Assembly: GCF_006345805.1 (NCBI RefSeq)
Contig: NW_021834168.1
Span: 1-51,949, forward strand
From: Octopus sinensis
Lineage: Eukaryota
Direction of reading: 5' to 3'
Length of the DNA: 51,949 bases
In this document: piece by piece, positions 23,425 through 35,925 of the stretch
How the letters are laid out: each line of letters begins with the position of its first letter
How positions within the stretch are numbered: position 1 is the stretch's first letter
The notes under the pieces: generated by a model
Seen by the model: only the letters and a program-made list of their open reading frames with translations
Database searches by the model: none
What the model was told of the DNA's origin: nothing
Made by a program: the position numbers and the translations under genes

Positions 23425-24200
23425 ATTGGTTTAGTCAACATGTCCGTTTGACACCAAACTTCAAGCACTCTAATAAGTAGCTAACTTCAGTCTGTTCTTT
23501 GCGCATGCGCACTGATTAGGTACTTGACACTTCAGCATGGTTCGAGGTGAACCCACGACGATACAGGCTGCACTTTTTGCTCTTGGGATTAACCTCAAAA
23601 TGGAGAAACACAGCGAATATCATCGGCAGAGCATACTTTTATATTTGGAAAAAGGCAAGAAACCGGTGGAAACTGGCAGGATGATATTCGTTGTGTATGG
23701 AAAGGATGCTTTTATGGAACGTGATTGTCAGAAGTGGTTTACAAGATTACAATCAGGAAATTTTTCGGTTCAAGATACACTCCACTCTGGCCGGGCAGCT
23801 GAGATTAATTGCGACGAAATGGAGTCAGTCGACGCCAGGATGCTAGTAGACATTTCCCAAATATCCAAATTGAGTGTTGAGAAAATCATCTGGTTACGTC
23901 AGCATATTCGATGTTTGGGTGACGCATCAATTGAATGAGCTTAAAGTAGCCCAACGGATTTCCATTTTCAATTCGCAGCAGAAGCGGGAAGAAAACAAAA
24001 ACCAGCTACTTATTATTGTAGAGAATCGTAACACGGGATGAAAACTCAATCGTCTATAACAAAAAGATGCACAAACGCTTTGCGATTACAACTTGTGTCT
24101 TATTTTCGCTTAAAAGACCGAGCAGACACCATGCTCAATCCAATCCATTCATCCATCCATCCATCCATCCATACATGGACTCAACCATGGTTATGGACTC
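23425..24200 (+). mobile_element. Degenerate mariner (DD34D-type) transposon, 5' half
   Basis: ORF 23537-23938: MEKHSEYHRQSILLYLEKGKKPVETGRMIFVVYGKDAFMERDCQKWFTRLQSGNFSVQDTLHSGR (mariner HTH N-terminus). Downstream VTRDENSIVYN resembles VTGDEKWIVYN. Confidence 0.85.
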
Positions 24201-24413
24201 AACCACGTTCTAAAATAAGTCGAACGGTAAGCTACTATAAATCGGCACGCACTTTCCGGATAACCCAATACTTTGTGAAGGACTCCTTTCACTTTCATAC
24301 CAACATACACACACGAGCGCATATAATTCAGTTAACTGTTCTTTGCTTTTCGTTTTCTTAGTAGGTGCTTAATTATTAGGACGAAATCTTTCTCCGCCTC
24401 CGAAACATGTTAT

Positions 24414-24431
24414 CTGATGATGATGATGATA

Positions 24432-24522
<91 letters not shown>

Positions 24523-24530
24523 TAATAATG

Positions 24531-24622
<92 letters not shown>

Positions 24623-24642
24623 TAATAATAATAATAATAATG

Positions 24643-24677
<35 letters not shown>

Positions 24678-24728
24678 TAATAATAATAATATTAATAATG
24701 ATAATAATAATAATGATAATAATAATTT
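24414..24728. repeat. (GAT)n/(AAT)n triplet array
   Basis: Directly visible. Confidence 0.95.
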
Positions 24729-25275
24729 CAAAGGGTATGCAGATTATTCACAAACGTGAGTGTACAAAATTACGTTTACATTATTCCACATTCTAAAGCA
24801 AACGTCTGTAAAATTTGTTGGTATTGTGATATTTGAAGGAGAAAAGAAATGCATATTTATCGCTTTGAATTATTTGAATTTTCTTCTGGTCATTTCAAAT
24901 TATCTGTGATTCGCTTTCATCTTAATGAACAATACACAGCGCATTGTCGCAGAGAATATTAGCATTGTAATTTTTAATAAAAGCAATGGTTTGCAATTTC
25001 TCATAATACATTGTTGGTGCATATTAAACAAATCTAATACGTTGAAAAATGTAAATTTCCTTCAAGAATCGAATTTGCAACTATTATTCTATCTCGGTTT
25101 ATATAGTCTAGGAATTCAGTTTTGTAGTTTCACTAAAACTTTCAGCCAAAGCACTTCATACTTCGATGCTTCGTGCCGTGTTTACAACGATTTGACATGA
25201 GAAGAAAATACAGTGTTTCGGGACCTGAAACGAGCCCTTCACAAAGATGCCCATGATGGAAAGGAAAAGTCACGA

Positions 25276-25510
25276 GGAGTGGCGGTATTGGCAGAAACGT
25301 TAGCACGCCGGGCGAAATGCCTTGCGGTATTTCGTCTGCCGTTACGTTCTGAGTTCAAATTCCGCCGAGGTCGACTTTGCCTTTCATCCTTTCGGGGTCG
25401 ATAAATTAAAGTACCAGTTACGCACTGGGGTCGATGTAATCGACTTAATACCTATGTATGTCCTTGTTTGTCCCCTCTGTGTTTAGCCCCTTGTGGGTAA
25501 TAAAGAAATA
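25276..25510 (+). mobile_element. SINE family B (B1), near full length
   Basis: tggcagaaacgttagcacgccgggcgaaatg...gagttcaaattccgccgaggtcgactttgcc...gtgggtaataaagaaata. Confidence 0.9.
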
Positions 25511-25699
25511 GGTATTTTGTCTGCCGTTATGTTCTGAGTTCAAATTCCGCCGAGGTCGACTTTGCCTTTCATCCTTTCGGGATCGATAAATTAAAGTACC
25601 AGTTACGCACTGGGGTCGATGTAATCGACTTAATACCTATGTCTGTCCTTTTTGTCCCCTTTATGTTTAGCCCCTTGTGGGTAATAAAGAAATAGGTAT
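25511..25699 (+). mobile_element. Tandem second SINE B unit starting at ggtatt, followed by a stub of a third (ggtat)
   Basis: ggtattttgtctgccgttatgttctgagttc...taaagaaata ggtat. Confidence 0.9.
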
Positions 25700-26442
25700 A
25701 AAAAATCTCTATAACGAACCGACACTTGCATATTCATTCTATCTGCAACCCAAACTTGAATTCGAAGTCATACGATCAGTTTCTTGTATCGTTATTATGT
25801 ATCGAATTCTCTCACCAGCAAACCAGTATTACAAACGGTCTTCATTCCTAGCATATCATATTCTGGATCAATCAACCCAGTATATTCATCCATTTTTTAA
25901 GGTTGAGTGTACTCCCAGGACATTTTGACTGGTTTTTATTAGAAGGCTGAGTGGCAGCTCAAACATTCTTTCGTTGGGCGGCACATAGCCAATAGATCTA
26001 GGACTGGTAAGATGGCGAACAAAAACGTGAAGGGAAAGATGAAAAAGACCACCGATATGATAATATAAAAACAGCCCTTTTGTAAATCTTAAAGTTGAAA
26101 GAGCGAGAATATTTCTGGTCATTGGCGAAAGTACTCGATTAATAAAATTTTCCAACTTTTTATCAAGAATTCTTTTATGTATATAGAATGCAAATAGGCG
26201 ATCGAGAACCGTTGACCGAAAAAAAAAGACTGATTGAAATAATTATTTGGACGGTAGCAAATGTTCAATTAATACAATAAGGTAATATAATCAAGTTTTA
26301 ATAACATAATTTTTTCTATTTCTGGCTAAAAGCGGGTATGTTTTATGCAAAAATCTGTATATTTACACTCTAGAAACATCGCAGACAAACATATAGCGTG
26401 TACATACATACAAACACACACACACACAGACACACACACACA

Positions 26443-26474
<32 letters not shown>

Positions 26475-26741
26475 TACACACACATATCTGCAGTTGCATA
26501 TAACATAAGATTGTATTTTGTATAATACAAATAAAAAAGGGGAAATTCTTTTAATAAAATGTAACAATATAAACTTTTACAGTTAACTTATTTCTATATT
26601 TCGAATATTTTCTTATAATTCGACTAACTGTTGATTTAAAGAACTGTTATTCTTCTAAACTGCTTTATCGAACAATTGAACGATGTTGCGTACATTCCGT
26701 AAAAGTACTTTGGATAAATTACTACCAAACCGACGTGTCTT

Positions 26742-26788
<47 letters not shown>

Positions 26789-26807
26789 CATACATACATA
26801 CATACTT

Positions 26808-26874
<67 letters not shown>

Positions 26875-28734
26875 AGGATAAAACCGATATTTAAATATCG
26901 ATCTTATCAAGTGGCTAGCATGGGAATAAAAACCTTTCAAATGTAATAATTATTTAAAATCATAATTTAGGGTATCTAAAAGCTACCCCCACGCTGAAAA
27001 TAGTCAAAACCTGACTCTAAAGCTACATTAAATGTTCATATAGCACCAGGAGAGAATACAAAGAGACAAAATAAATTAGCAGAAAAAATAAACTATATAT
27101 ATATATAAAAATTATCTTAGGTAACAAGGTAGAAGTTAAACACTCGACAGTGAAAGGTCATTTTCTCAGTTCAATCTGATATTTGAACGGATTTTGATAT
27201 TTGCCTTTCGGCAGCCATTATCAAAAAATCGTCAATTTTTGACAACAGAAAATTATATTCTGTACCTGCAGGCGGTTTTCATTTATAACTCCACAACTTT
27301 GCTTTTTTTTTTTTACCATTCACCAATAACTCATTATACTTTTTTAAAAGTTACTTCCATTAAAAAGTCAATCATGTAATTCTATTACATAAGTTTAACA
27401 ACTTAACTAGTTAGTTATGCGGTTGCTGTTATTGTTTTGCATCAAATCATCCCTGAAGTATTTGACCTATGATCAAAAAGGCCTGCTGTCATGACTGCCC
27501 CCGTCTCTGGGACGACATTATCCAAGCGTTCTTTCATTTTCTTTTAAACATCTTTAAAGACTAATTTTTTGTTTAAATAGACTAATTTGGAATCAATTTG
27601 AAAATAATGAAGAACTTACTTAGATGATATTTGCCTTGGAACACAATTAATATGAGACTTTCATAGAAAGTTTTAATTCACACAAAATTAATTAAATTAA
27701 ATTTAATTGAAAAGTTCTCTTTGAAATAGGAAGTTAGTATCGTATAACCCAGGGCAATCTCTGGTGGTTGGCTTCAAAAGGAAACCAACCTTTTTCAAAG
27801 CAAACGAAACGGCTGTTACTTGAGAATTATTACTTCTAGCCAATGCGGGTTCATGGTACATGGTAAGGTGGTCGACCATTTGACTGGAGGTTGCAACCTT
27901 GCATAAAAGCCAAAAATACCCACGAGATATCGTTTAATATATTTGTTTTAAATCTTTCTCTAGGATCGATAAAATCGATAGGAAAAATTCTGCAGAATTT
28001 TTAATAGCATTTATTATTCAAAGTCACAGTTGTGGTAATAACGATTACATATGCTGCTGTTACTGTAGTTATCAGCGGTGCAGTTATTCTTATTGCTTTT
28101 GTTATTGCTGCTGTATTGTCAGGCGTGATCGAGATGCCTTTATCCAAAAGTGTAGAAGTCGTGATCGTAGCTCTTTTTTTTTTCACGCCGTTACATTTTT
28201 TAGAAAACGATTTAATAGTGGTTCTCTGTGTGCTTGACTGTGTAGTGCACAACAAATCAGATTTCAAATTAAATTTACCGGCACCGGTCGCATCGAAAGT
28301 TTTTTTTTTCTTTTTAAAATATGTTTTAGAGTTAAAAATTTATAAAAGAAACTGTTGCTTATCTTCATTTATTAATCTTGCTTGCGTGTAAAAAAATATG
28401 AATAATACATTTTTCAAGGTGTTCAAGTATTAGTTAAAGTTTTTTACAGCTATAAATTATATTTATAAAGATCTGCAGCGTACTTTGATACCCCTTAAGA
28501 AGTACTGTTTATCAGAGAATGTGAGTGTATGCAGTGTAAGAGATAGATTCAGCTGCTATAACTGGGAATCCGAACAACTGTGCAAATGCTTTTCTTGAAA
28601 GCACTCTGTTGTTGTTGGGCTTAATGGTGGAGGTCTTAGTAGTGGTTATGGAAGTAATGCTAGTGTTTCTGTCGGCGCTAACATCAATGACAAAAGGTGG
28701 TGAGGTAGCAGAGTTGTTAGAAATTTGCAATAAA

Positions 28735-29265
28735 TTGCTTTTGGGTATTTGATCCAGTGCTTAATGTTCTAAGTTCGAAACATGTTGAGATCAACTTTGA
28801 CTCTCATCTATCCAAAATCGATGAAATAAAATATCAGTGAAGTACACGGGTCGATGATATCGACTAACCTCTTCGCATCAAATTTTCTGGCTTTATGTCT
28901 AAATCAAAGACCGTTATTATCAATGACGAAATAAGTGTAGTGGGTTGTCAGACTGGAAACAACGTTAAACATCATACGTTTTGGTATATATTCTGGATCT
29001 TTACGCTCTGAGTTAAAACCACATCCCGGTCGACTTTACCTTTCATCTTTTTGGATTCACTAAAGTCAAGAACTAGTCAAGCACTGGAGTTGGTTTAATC
29101 GACTCGCCTCCTTCCTCCTAATTACATACCTTGTGCCTAAATCAGAAATAATAATTATTAAGGCATCACATTTGTAGAGTCATTAGAGTATAAATAAATA
29201 AATGAGTATAACTTGCAGTATTTTTTTCTGTCTTTACATTCCGAGTTCAATATTCGCCGAGATCA
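28735..29265 (+). mobile_element. Cluster of old, diverged SINE B-like fragments
   Basis: gttctaagttcgaaacatgttgagatcaactttg..., gctctgagttaaaaccacatcccggtcgactttacctttcatc..., gagttcaatattcgccgagatc. Confidence 0.6.
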
Positions 29266-29864
29266 AATTATGTCACACTTGGGACCAAAAGTATTTCAGA
29301 TTTCGGAGTGATTGCTTGTTGTTAACTATAAAATGGGACAACTTGGTTATAGACCTATATTTAAACACGTTACGCAATTACATTCCATAATGCAGCTAAT
29401 AACATGTTGATAGTTGTAGGTTCCGTGTCACACTACATCATGTAACAGTTGCATTTTGGGAACATTTCATTTTTTACCAAAATAACATTGCTTATTACAT
29501 GTTCATTTCAGCTTGGTAACTATATCAGGAAGCTTACATATTGCTGCAGGTATTCACATTTTCATTTTATGCTAAACCACAAAACTTATTATTTTTAAAC
29601 CTATATTTCTCGAGAATTTTCCATTCGTGATGTTTCTGTCAGTCGATAAATCATCGGAATTTGAATTGTTTTTGATTTCTAAATATCGGATAAAAGATTA
29701 TCAACTCCATCTACATTCCACATTCAAGCACCACCAACAGTGATCTCGTCTTTGAACCATGCATATCAAACAAATGGAACAAGATCTATGTAGTACTGAG
29801 TTGATTTACATTCTTAGTAAACATGTTTTGGTGGTTCTTGTGCCAATGCATAGAATAATATATA

Positions 29865-30290
29865 TCTATATAATAAAGCTCAACGCCTGTGTGTATGTGT
29901 GTCTGTACATCTATAGGACGAAAGGGAGTAGAAGATACATAAAAACAAAATATGTGTTCTCATGTAAAATTTTATGAGAAAGACGATGAGCTACATAAAA
30001 TATACTTTCCACTGCGATTGGGGGCTTAAGGGTGGGGGGAAACAACACCTGTGAAATGAAAATAACAACATAACTACTAGGTACTAAATAAAGACGATTT
30101 CCAAAATGTCACCATCTTACAATATTATTTAACCCACTAATGGGGTTTATAACACGGACAGAACCACTTTTTTTATAACACGGGACAGAGCCCCCTTTGA
30201 AAGTGCAAATACATTCACTTTTCGTGGAAGATACATAAAATTTAAGTATGTGTTCTTGGAATAAGTGTACTACAAAACTTCAACAATGCA
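29865..30290 (+). mobile_element. Possible Helitron 5' fragment
   Basis: A|TCTATATAATAAAGCTC...gtgtgtatgtgtgtctgt start pattern and internal short duplications. No 3' hairpin or CTRR seen. Confidence 0.3.
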
Positions 30291-30895
30291 TGTCTCATAT
30301 ATATATACACATGTATATATATATATATTTACATATATATATACATGCATATATATATATATCCTTAAATCCTTAAAAATGTTTTAGCCCGAAGGCCGCG
30401 GCCATGCTGGGGCACCAACAAACATATATTATACATATATATACGTGCATATAAATACACAATATATGTATGTATATATTCTTATATATATGTATTTATA
30501 TAGACCTATATTAATATTCTATAATTATAAACATAATTATAATTAGGGGTCAGCTAATTGCTTTACCACATACTGATTTTAGAATACATACATACATAAG
30601 TTCATACATATACACAGAACACATACATGATTATGTTTATGCGTTTGTGTGCATGCATGTATGTATATGTATATATGTTTGAATGCATGTATATAGATAT
30701 ATGTATATATACTTTATACTACCGAAGGAATCTCCCAGACATTAACACACTTTTCTCTTTGACTACGTAAAAAAGAAATACTGTCTGGATTTCTTACATA
30801 TTTGTTTTGTGCTTTGAAACGCGCGTATGTAATTAATCCAAATTTGTATTAAATCTAATTTTTATATAATTGCTTATGGTTTATTTATACCAATA

Positions 30896-30951
<56 letters not shown>

Positions 30952-31006
30952 TTAAAAGGAGGGTAACTCCCTCGGTGCAATCCCATGGTCGTTCATACAT
31001 GATATA

Positions 31007-31040
<34 letters not shown>

Positions 31041-31213
31041 CATACATGTTATAAAGAGGGCCAGTTTAAGAGACTGTCCTGTGTTTCTCGTTCATAAAGG
31101 GTTTAGCCTCACGGTGTATCTTTGGACCCAAAATGCTGTTGGCCTAAGACCTCTTCAAAATATGGAGGGGGAAATGCCTCTCACTCTCTATCTCTCTTTC
31201 TGTATATATATAT

Positions 31214-31246
<33 letters not shown>

Positions 31247-31303
31247 TATACAAAACAAGGTAGAAAAATAATACTCGAATACCGAAGGTAGTATAGCGTG
31301 TCA

Positions 31304-31475
31304 TTTAAAACTGTAAAAATCTTCACAAACTGTTATTCAGAGTTTCTCCTCACCATTCAACGGACAATTGTGATGAATACTGAATTAAAATTTTGCTTCA
31401 GTATTCAACACCGCTGTCCAACGAACGGGAAAGTGAAATTCTAACAGTTTCTTAAGATTTTTGCAGCTTTATAAA
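31304..31475. repeat. Nested inverted repeat (MITE-like) between (TA)n tracts
   Basis: Outer arms 31304-31366 and 31415-31475 (imperfect). Inner gaatactgaa/ttcagtattc at 31375-31384 and 31397-31406. Confidence 0.75.
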
Positions 31476-31598
31476 TTATATGTATATATATATATATCTA
31501 CATACATGCATTCATACATATATACATACACATACATGCATGCACACAAACGCATTAACATAATCATGTATGTGTTCTGTGTATATGTATGAACGTAT

Positions 31599-31629
<31 letters not shown>

Positions 31630-31934
31630 ATTCTCTATATCGATAATATCTATAAATATTGTTTCCCTTGGCACGTTTTCTTTTAAGTAAGGACATCCTT
31701 CGAAACGAGGAAAATATTTATTCATTCAGTTGATGTTTTCTTTTCTGTTCTTGTTTATTTTCTTATAATTCCCTGTCTCGGTTACCATATGGATTTCCTC
31801 CGAAAGTGAGAGAGATAGGAAGTGAGGAGAAAGAAACTTTCCCTCATTAGAAATTGAATCATATTAATAGCAGTAAGGTAATAGTTTTCTCAACTTTCAC
31901 TATAAATCGTTTTTGTATTATGCTTCTCGTTTCA

Positions 31935-31960
31935 TATACATACATACATACATACATACA

Positions 31961-31991
<31 letters not shown>

Positions 31992-32236
31992 CCTATTCGC
32001 ACACGACAGAATTGAATCTATATATTTACGAAAGAAAGTACATGCATGCACACACACAGGCAGGCAGGCACGCACGCACGTACGCGAGGCACTCACGCAC
32101 ACACACACGCACACACGCACACTCGCACACACGCACACGCACATGTACATATGGTTACATATGTGTGCATGCATATACAACACTGCATATATATACATAC
32201 ATTTCTATATCTGTTAGTATATATATATGTATATAC

Positions 32237-32288
<52 letters not shown>

Positions 32289-32382
32289 ATACATGCATAT
32301 ATATAAATATATGCACAAACACGCATACATGCATACATATATACCCATGATAGGTAGATAATCTTTACAAAAATTCAAATAA

Positions 32383-32421
<39 letters not shown>

Positions 32422-32500
32422 TATAAATAGACATATATACATATATAAATACATATATATATATATACATATACATACACACACACACACACACACACCC

Positions 32501-32578
<78 letters not shown>

Positions 32579-32580
32579 AA
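31935..32580. repeat. Compound (CATA)/(CA)/(TA)/(GT)n microsatellite field
   Basis: Directly visible. Confidence 0.9.
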
Positions 32581-33513
32581 CTGTATGTGTTCAGTATCCG
32601 ATTATCATTTGTTATCGGAAGCTTTAAGACTTACTTAAAACATTCTAATAGTGACGTTTTATTTTGATTATTCTAATGCCTGTCAGTGAGTGGTTCAGCT
32701 ACACAATTTCTCCATCATCTAACTTTCTCTATATATTGCTTTCGTTACCCATCGCACAAATAACAATGCTATTATTTTTACAAACAGAAACCGGCTTAAT
32801 TCCGCAGTGTGGTATAACTGCAGCTCGATTTCGATTTCCGGTTATAACTGTTCCATTTCAAATTGCGACATTATCCTTTATCGTTATTGTAACGTCTATG
32901 AACACCAGAACACAAAAAAAAAAAAATCCTCTCGATGAAAACTACAGGCATTTTCTCTGTAATTTGGGCAAGGGCCTTCTATTGAAGCTTCGTGTCGACC
33001 AATGATTTGTAAGTGAATTTAGAGGACGGAATTCGTGGGGGAAGGAGACGAACAACAATGTTCCCATGTGAGCGGTGATCGGCTTCAAAAATTTTAAAGA
33101 TATATTTCGTAGCATGAAACCAATGGTAGCCTTAATACACAAGTAAAGAATCTTTATCCATCAATATTTACACACACACACCTTTTAAATTCGTCTATGG
33201 CAACGTTAGGGGTTTGCTGGCTACCGTCTAATGATACTGACTAGTAAGTCAGTTTTTCGGGGTTGCATCATGGTTATACCAATATAATGTAGGATAAATA
33301 TAGTAATAACACTAATTCGAGGATGGAATTTATATAATTTAATTAATTAATTAATATAATATAATTGAATTAATTAATCAATCAGTTAATTAATAATTTT
33401 ACCAAGTAGATCGGTACGTTAAAATAACCTTTATAGGTGAAATATATAACCTTTATAGGTAAAATATATAATTCACATGACTTTAACATCAGAGTTGGTG
33501 TCCTTGTATAGAA

Positions 33514-33737
33514 GGCGGCGAGCTGGCAGAAAAGTTAGCACGCCAGGCGAAATGCTTAGCGGTAGTTCGTCTGCCGTTACGTTCAAATTCCGCCGATGTC
33601 GACTTTGCCTTTCATCCTTTCGGGATCGATTAAATAAGTACCAGTTACGCACTGGGGTCGATATAATCGACTTAATCCCTTTATCTGTCCTTGTTTGTCC
33701 CCTCTACGTTTAGCCCCTTGTGGGCAATAAAGAAATA
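33514..33737 (+). mobile_element. SINE family B (B1), full length
   Basis: ggcggcgagctggcagaaaagttagcacgccaggcgaaatgc...gtgggcaataaagaaata; A-box-like tggcagaa and B-box-like gttcaaatt. Confidence 0.9.
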
Positions 33738-34023
33738 TGGGATTAGTACAGTATAGTACGTATTATCCGTGGACATCCTGTTGATCATCTTCATTGATTC
33801 ATTTCATCAGGCGATTCAGCATTATTAGATAAATCAGAGGGGGATGTTTATACCTTTTTGCTAGTATGAAGGCCAATCTAGTAGTGTTGGTATTTCAGTA
33901 TGTACATCTAGCGGGCAGGGTAGATGATGGGATTAAAGGAAGGATGTTAGTAACATGGGAATGGAGGGTGTGTATGTATGTGTGTGTGTGGTGATGTTGG
34001 ATTTATTTGCTATTCATTCTTTC

Positions 34024-34170
34024 AGCCGAGGTCGACTTTGCCTTTCATCCTTTCGGGGTCGATAAATTAAGTACCAGTTACGCACTGAGGTCGATGTAAT
34101 CGACTTAATCCGTTTGTCTGTCATTGTTTGTCCTCTCTGTGTTTAGCCCCTTGTGGGTAGTAAAGAAATA
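34024..34170 (+). mobile_element. SINE family B (B1), 5'-truncated
   Basis: gccgaggtcgactttgcctttcatcc...gggtagtaaagaaata. Confidence 0.9.
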
Positions 34171-34529
34171 TATTCATTCTGCCGATTTTAAGGATGGTCA
34201 CTCTTTCAGCAAATTTAAAGATTGTAGTACATTTCTTTGTTCTATTTCATTCATGATATGACTCCCCTCAATAAATTCTACACCCAACAGGCAGTCAGCT
34301 GCTTTATAGTGGTGTTAGTTAACGGAATTGAGTAATACCACCCCTCTTATGGTGACTTTTTCACTGTAACTCTTATTATAGTGTGTATCATCTTAAACAT
34401 TGGTATCTTTTTTTGAAAAAGCAGTAACAAATTATAGAATAGTGAAGGAACCCATTATGTAGCAGGCATAAGAAATTGGAACTTTATTTGAATACCCCTA
34501 AAGTTATCATACCCGAATTTAATATATAT

Positions 34530-34560
<31 letters not shown>

Positions 34561-34627
34561 GTATATATATGTTCATAAATAGAGAGCAAGAGAGACACAC
34601 ACACGCACACAAAAGCAGACACACTCA

Positions 34628-34666
<39 letters not shown>

Positions 34667-34684
34667 ACATACACACACACACAT

Positions 34685-35048
34685 ATGGCTGTGTGGCAAG
34701 AAACTTGCTTCTCAACCACATGGTTCCAGGTTCAGTCCCATTGCGTGGCACCTTGGGCAAGTGTCTTCTACTATAACCTCGAGCCAACCAAAGCCTTATG
34801 AATGGATTTGGCAAATGGAAAGAAGCCCGTCGTGTATATATATATGTATATATATTTATGTCCGTGTGTGTCTGTGTTTGTGCTCCCACTATCGCTTGAC
34901 AACCGACGTGGGTGTGTTGATGTCCCCGTAACTTAACCGTTGAACGGACGAGACCCAAGAATAAGTACTTGGCTTACAAAGTTCTGGGATCGATTTGTTC
35001 GACTAAAGGCGGTGCTCCAGTATAGCTGCAGTCAAATGACTGAAACGT
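34685..35048 (+). mobile_element. SINE family A, near full length
   Basis: tggctgtgtggcaagaaacttgc...ggttcagtcccattgcgtggcaccttgggcaagtgtc...gcagtcaaatgactgaaac. Confidence 0.9.
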
Positions 35049-35051
35049 GTA

Positions 35052-35098
<47 letters not shown>

Positions 35099-35446
35099 CA
35101 CACACGCACACTCACACACAAACACACACACACACACACACACACACATATGTATGTATTTGTGCCTGTGTATGTTGTATGTGTGTATTCTACGCTGATT
35201 GTTGGTTATTTTACGGCTTCATAACCTAACAATAACTGACCTGAAAATATAAGAACTGGTTACTATTTGTTCGATTACACCAGTCTTGTTGGTACCAGCG
35301 CATGACTACAGTTGGATGACCAAAAACAAGTGAAAGATAAAAGATACAGTCGAACAAAATGCTATTATTAATAATTAGTAGGAGAAAAACCATCGCTCGT
35401 GTTGTCGGTGTTTTGCTAGCTTATACAATCAGTGTATGTATGTATG

Positions 35447-35545
35447 TCATTGTTCAGTTTATTTCAAGATTTCTCTCCAATAGAGAAAGAGCCGGTTTCT
35501 AATCTTGGTTCAAGGAATCACATCAACAACAGGGCATATTTGTTT
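35447..35545 (-). mobile_element. 3' end of an RLE-type LINE, abutting (CATA)n
   Basis: Reverse complement ...ctctttctctattggagagaaatcttgaaataaactgaacaatga|catacatacatac; homologous to 39012-39057. Confidence 0.6.
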
Positions 35546-35590
35546 GTATGTATGCATGCATGCATGCATATATGTATGTATGTATGTATG

Positions 35591-35672
35591 TAAGTCTCCA
35601 CAAACAACAGTATTTGTAACCCGTATATGGTACCATATACGGGTTACAAATACTGTTGTTTGCGGAGACTTA
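35591..35672. repeat. 82-bp spacerless palindrome with 1 mismatch
   Basis: taagtctccacaaacaacagtatttgtaacccgtatatggt|accatatacgggttacaaatactgttgtttgcggagactta. Confidence 0.98.
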
Positions 35673-35874
35673 TTTTTGTAGTAATAGTAATAGCAACTCA
35701 TTCGACTGCTATTTCTAATATTTTCGGTATGTAGTTTAAGCAACTTGTTGCAAATAATCCTTTTATTATAATTATATAATTTTTACCGAATATGGTCCTT
35801 TCCATATCGAAAGACTACTAGGTGAAATTTATTGATTTTATTGAATTAATTATATTTCACCCTTTATATGTATG

Positions 35875-35908
<34 letters not shown>

Positions 35909-35925
35909 TGTATGTATGTATGTAT

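Noticed and set aside
25985-26015. CCAAT plus AAGATGGCG (YY1-like) promoter or start
   Set aside because: Such short motifs are expected by chance, and the following ORF is only 18 codons.
33424-33470. 22-bp tandem duplication (also a 14-bp one at about 44315-44348)
   Set aside because: Ordinary slippage products.
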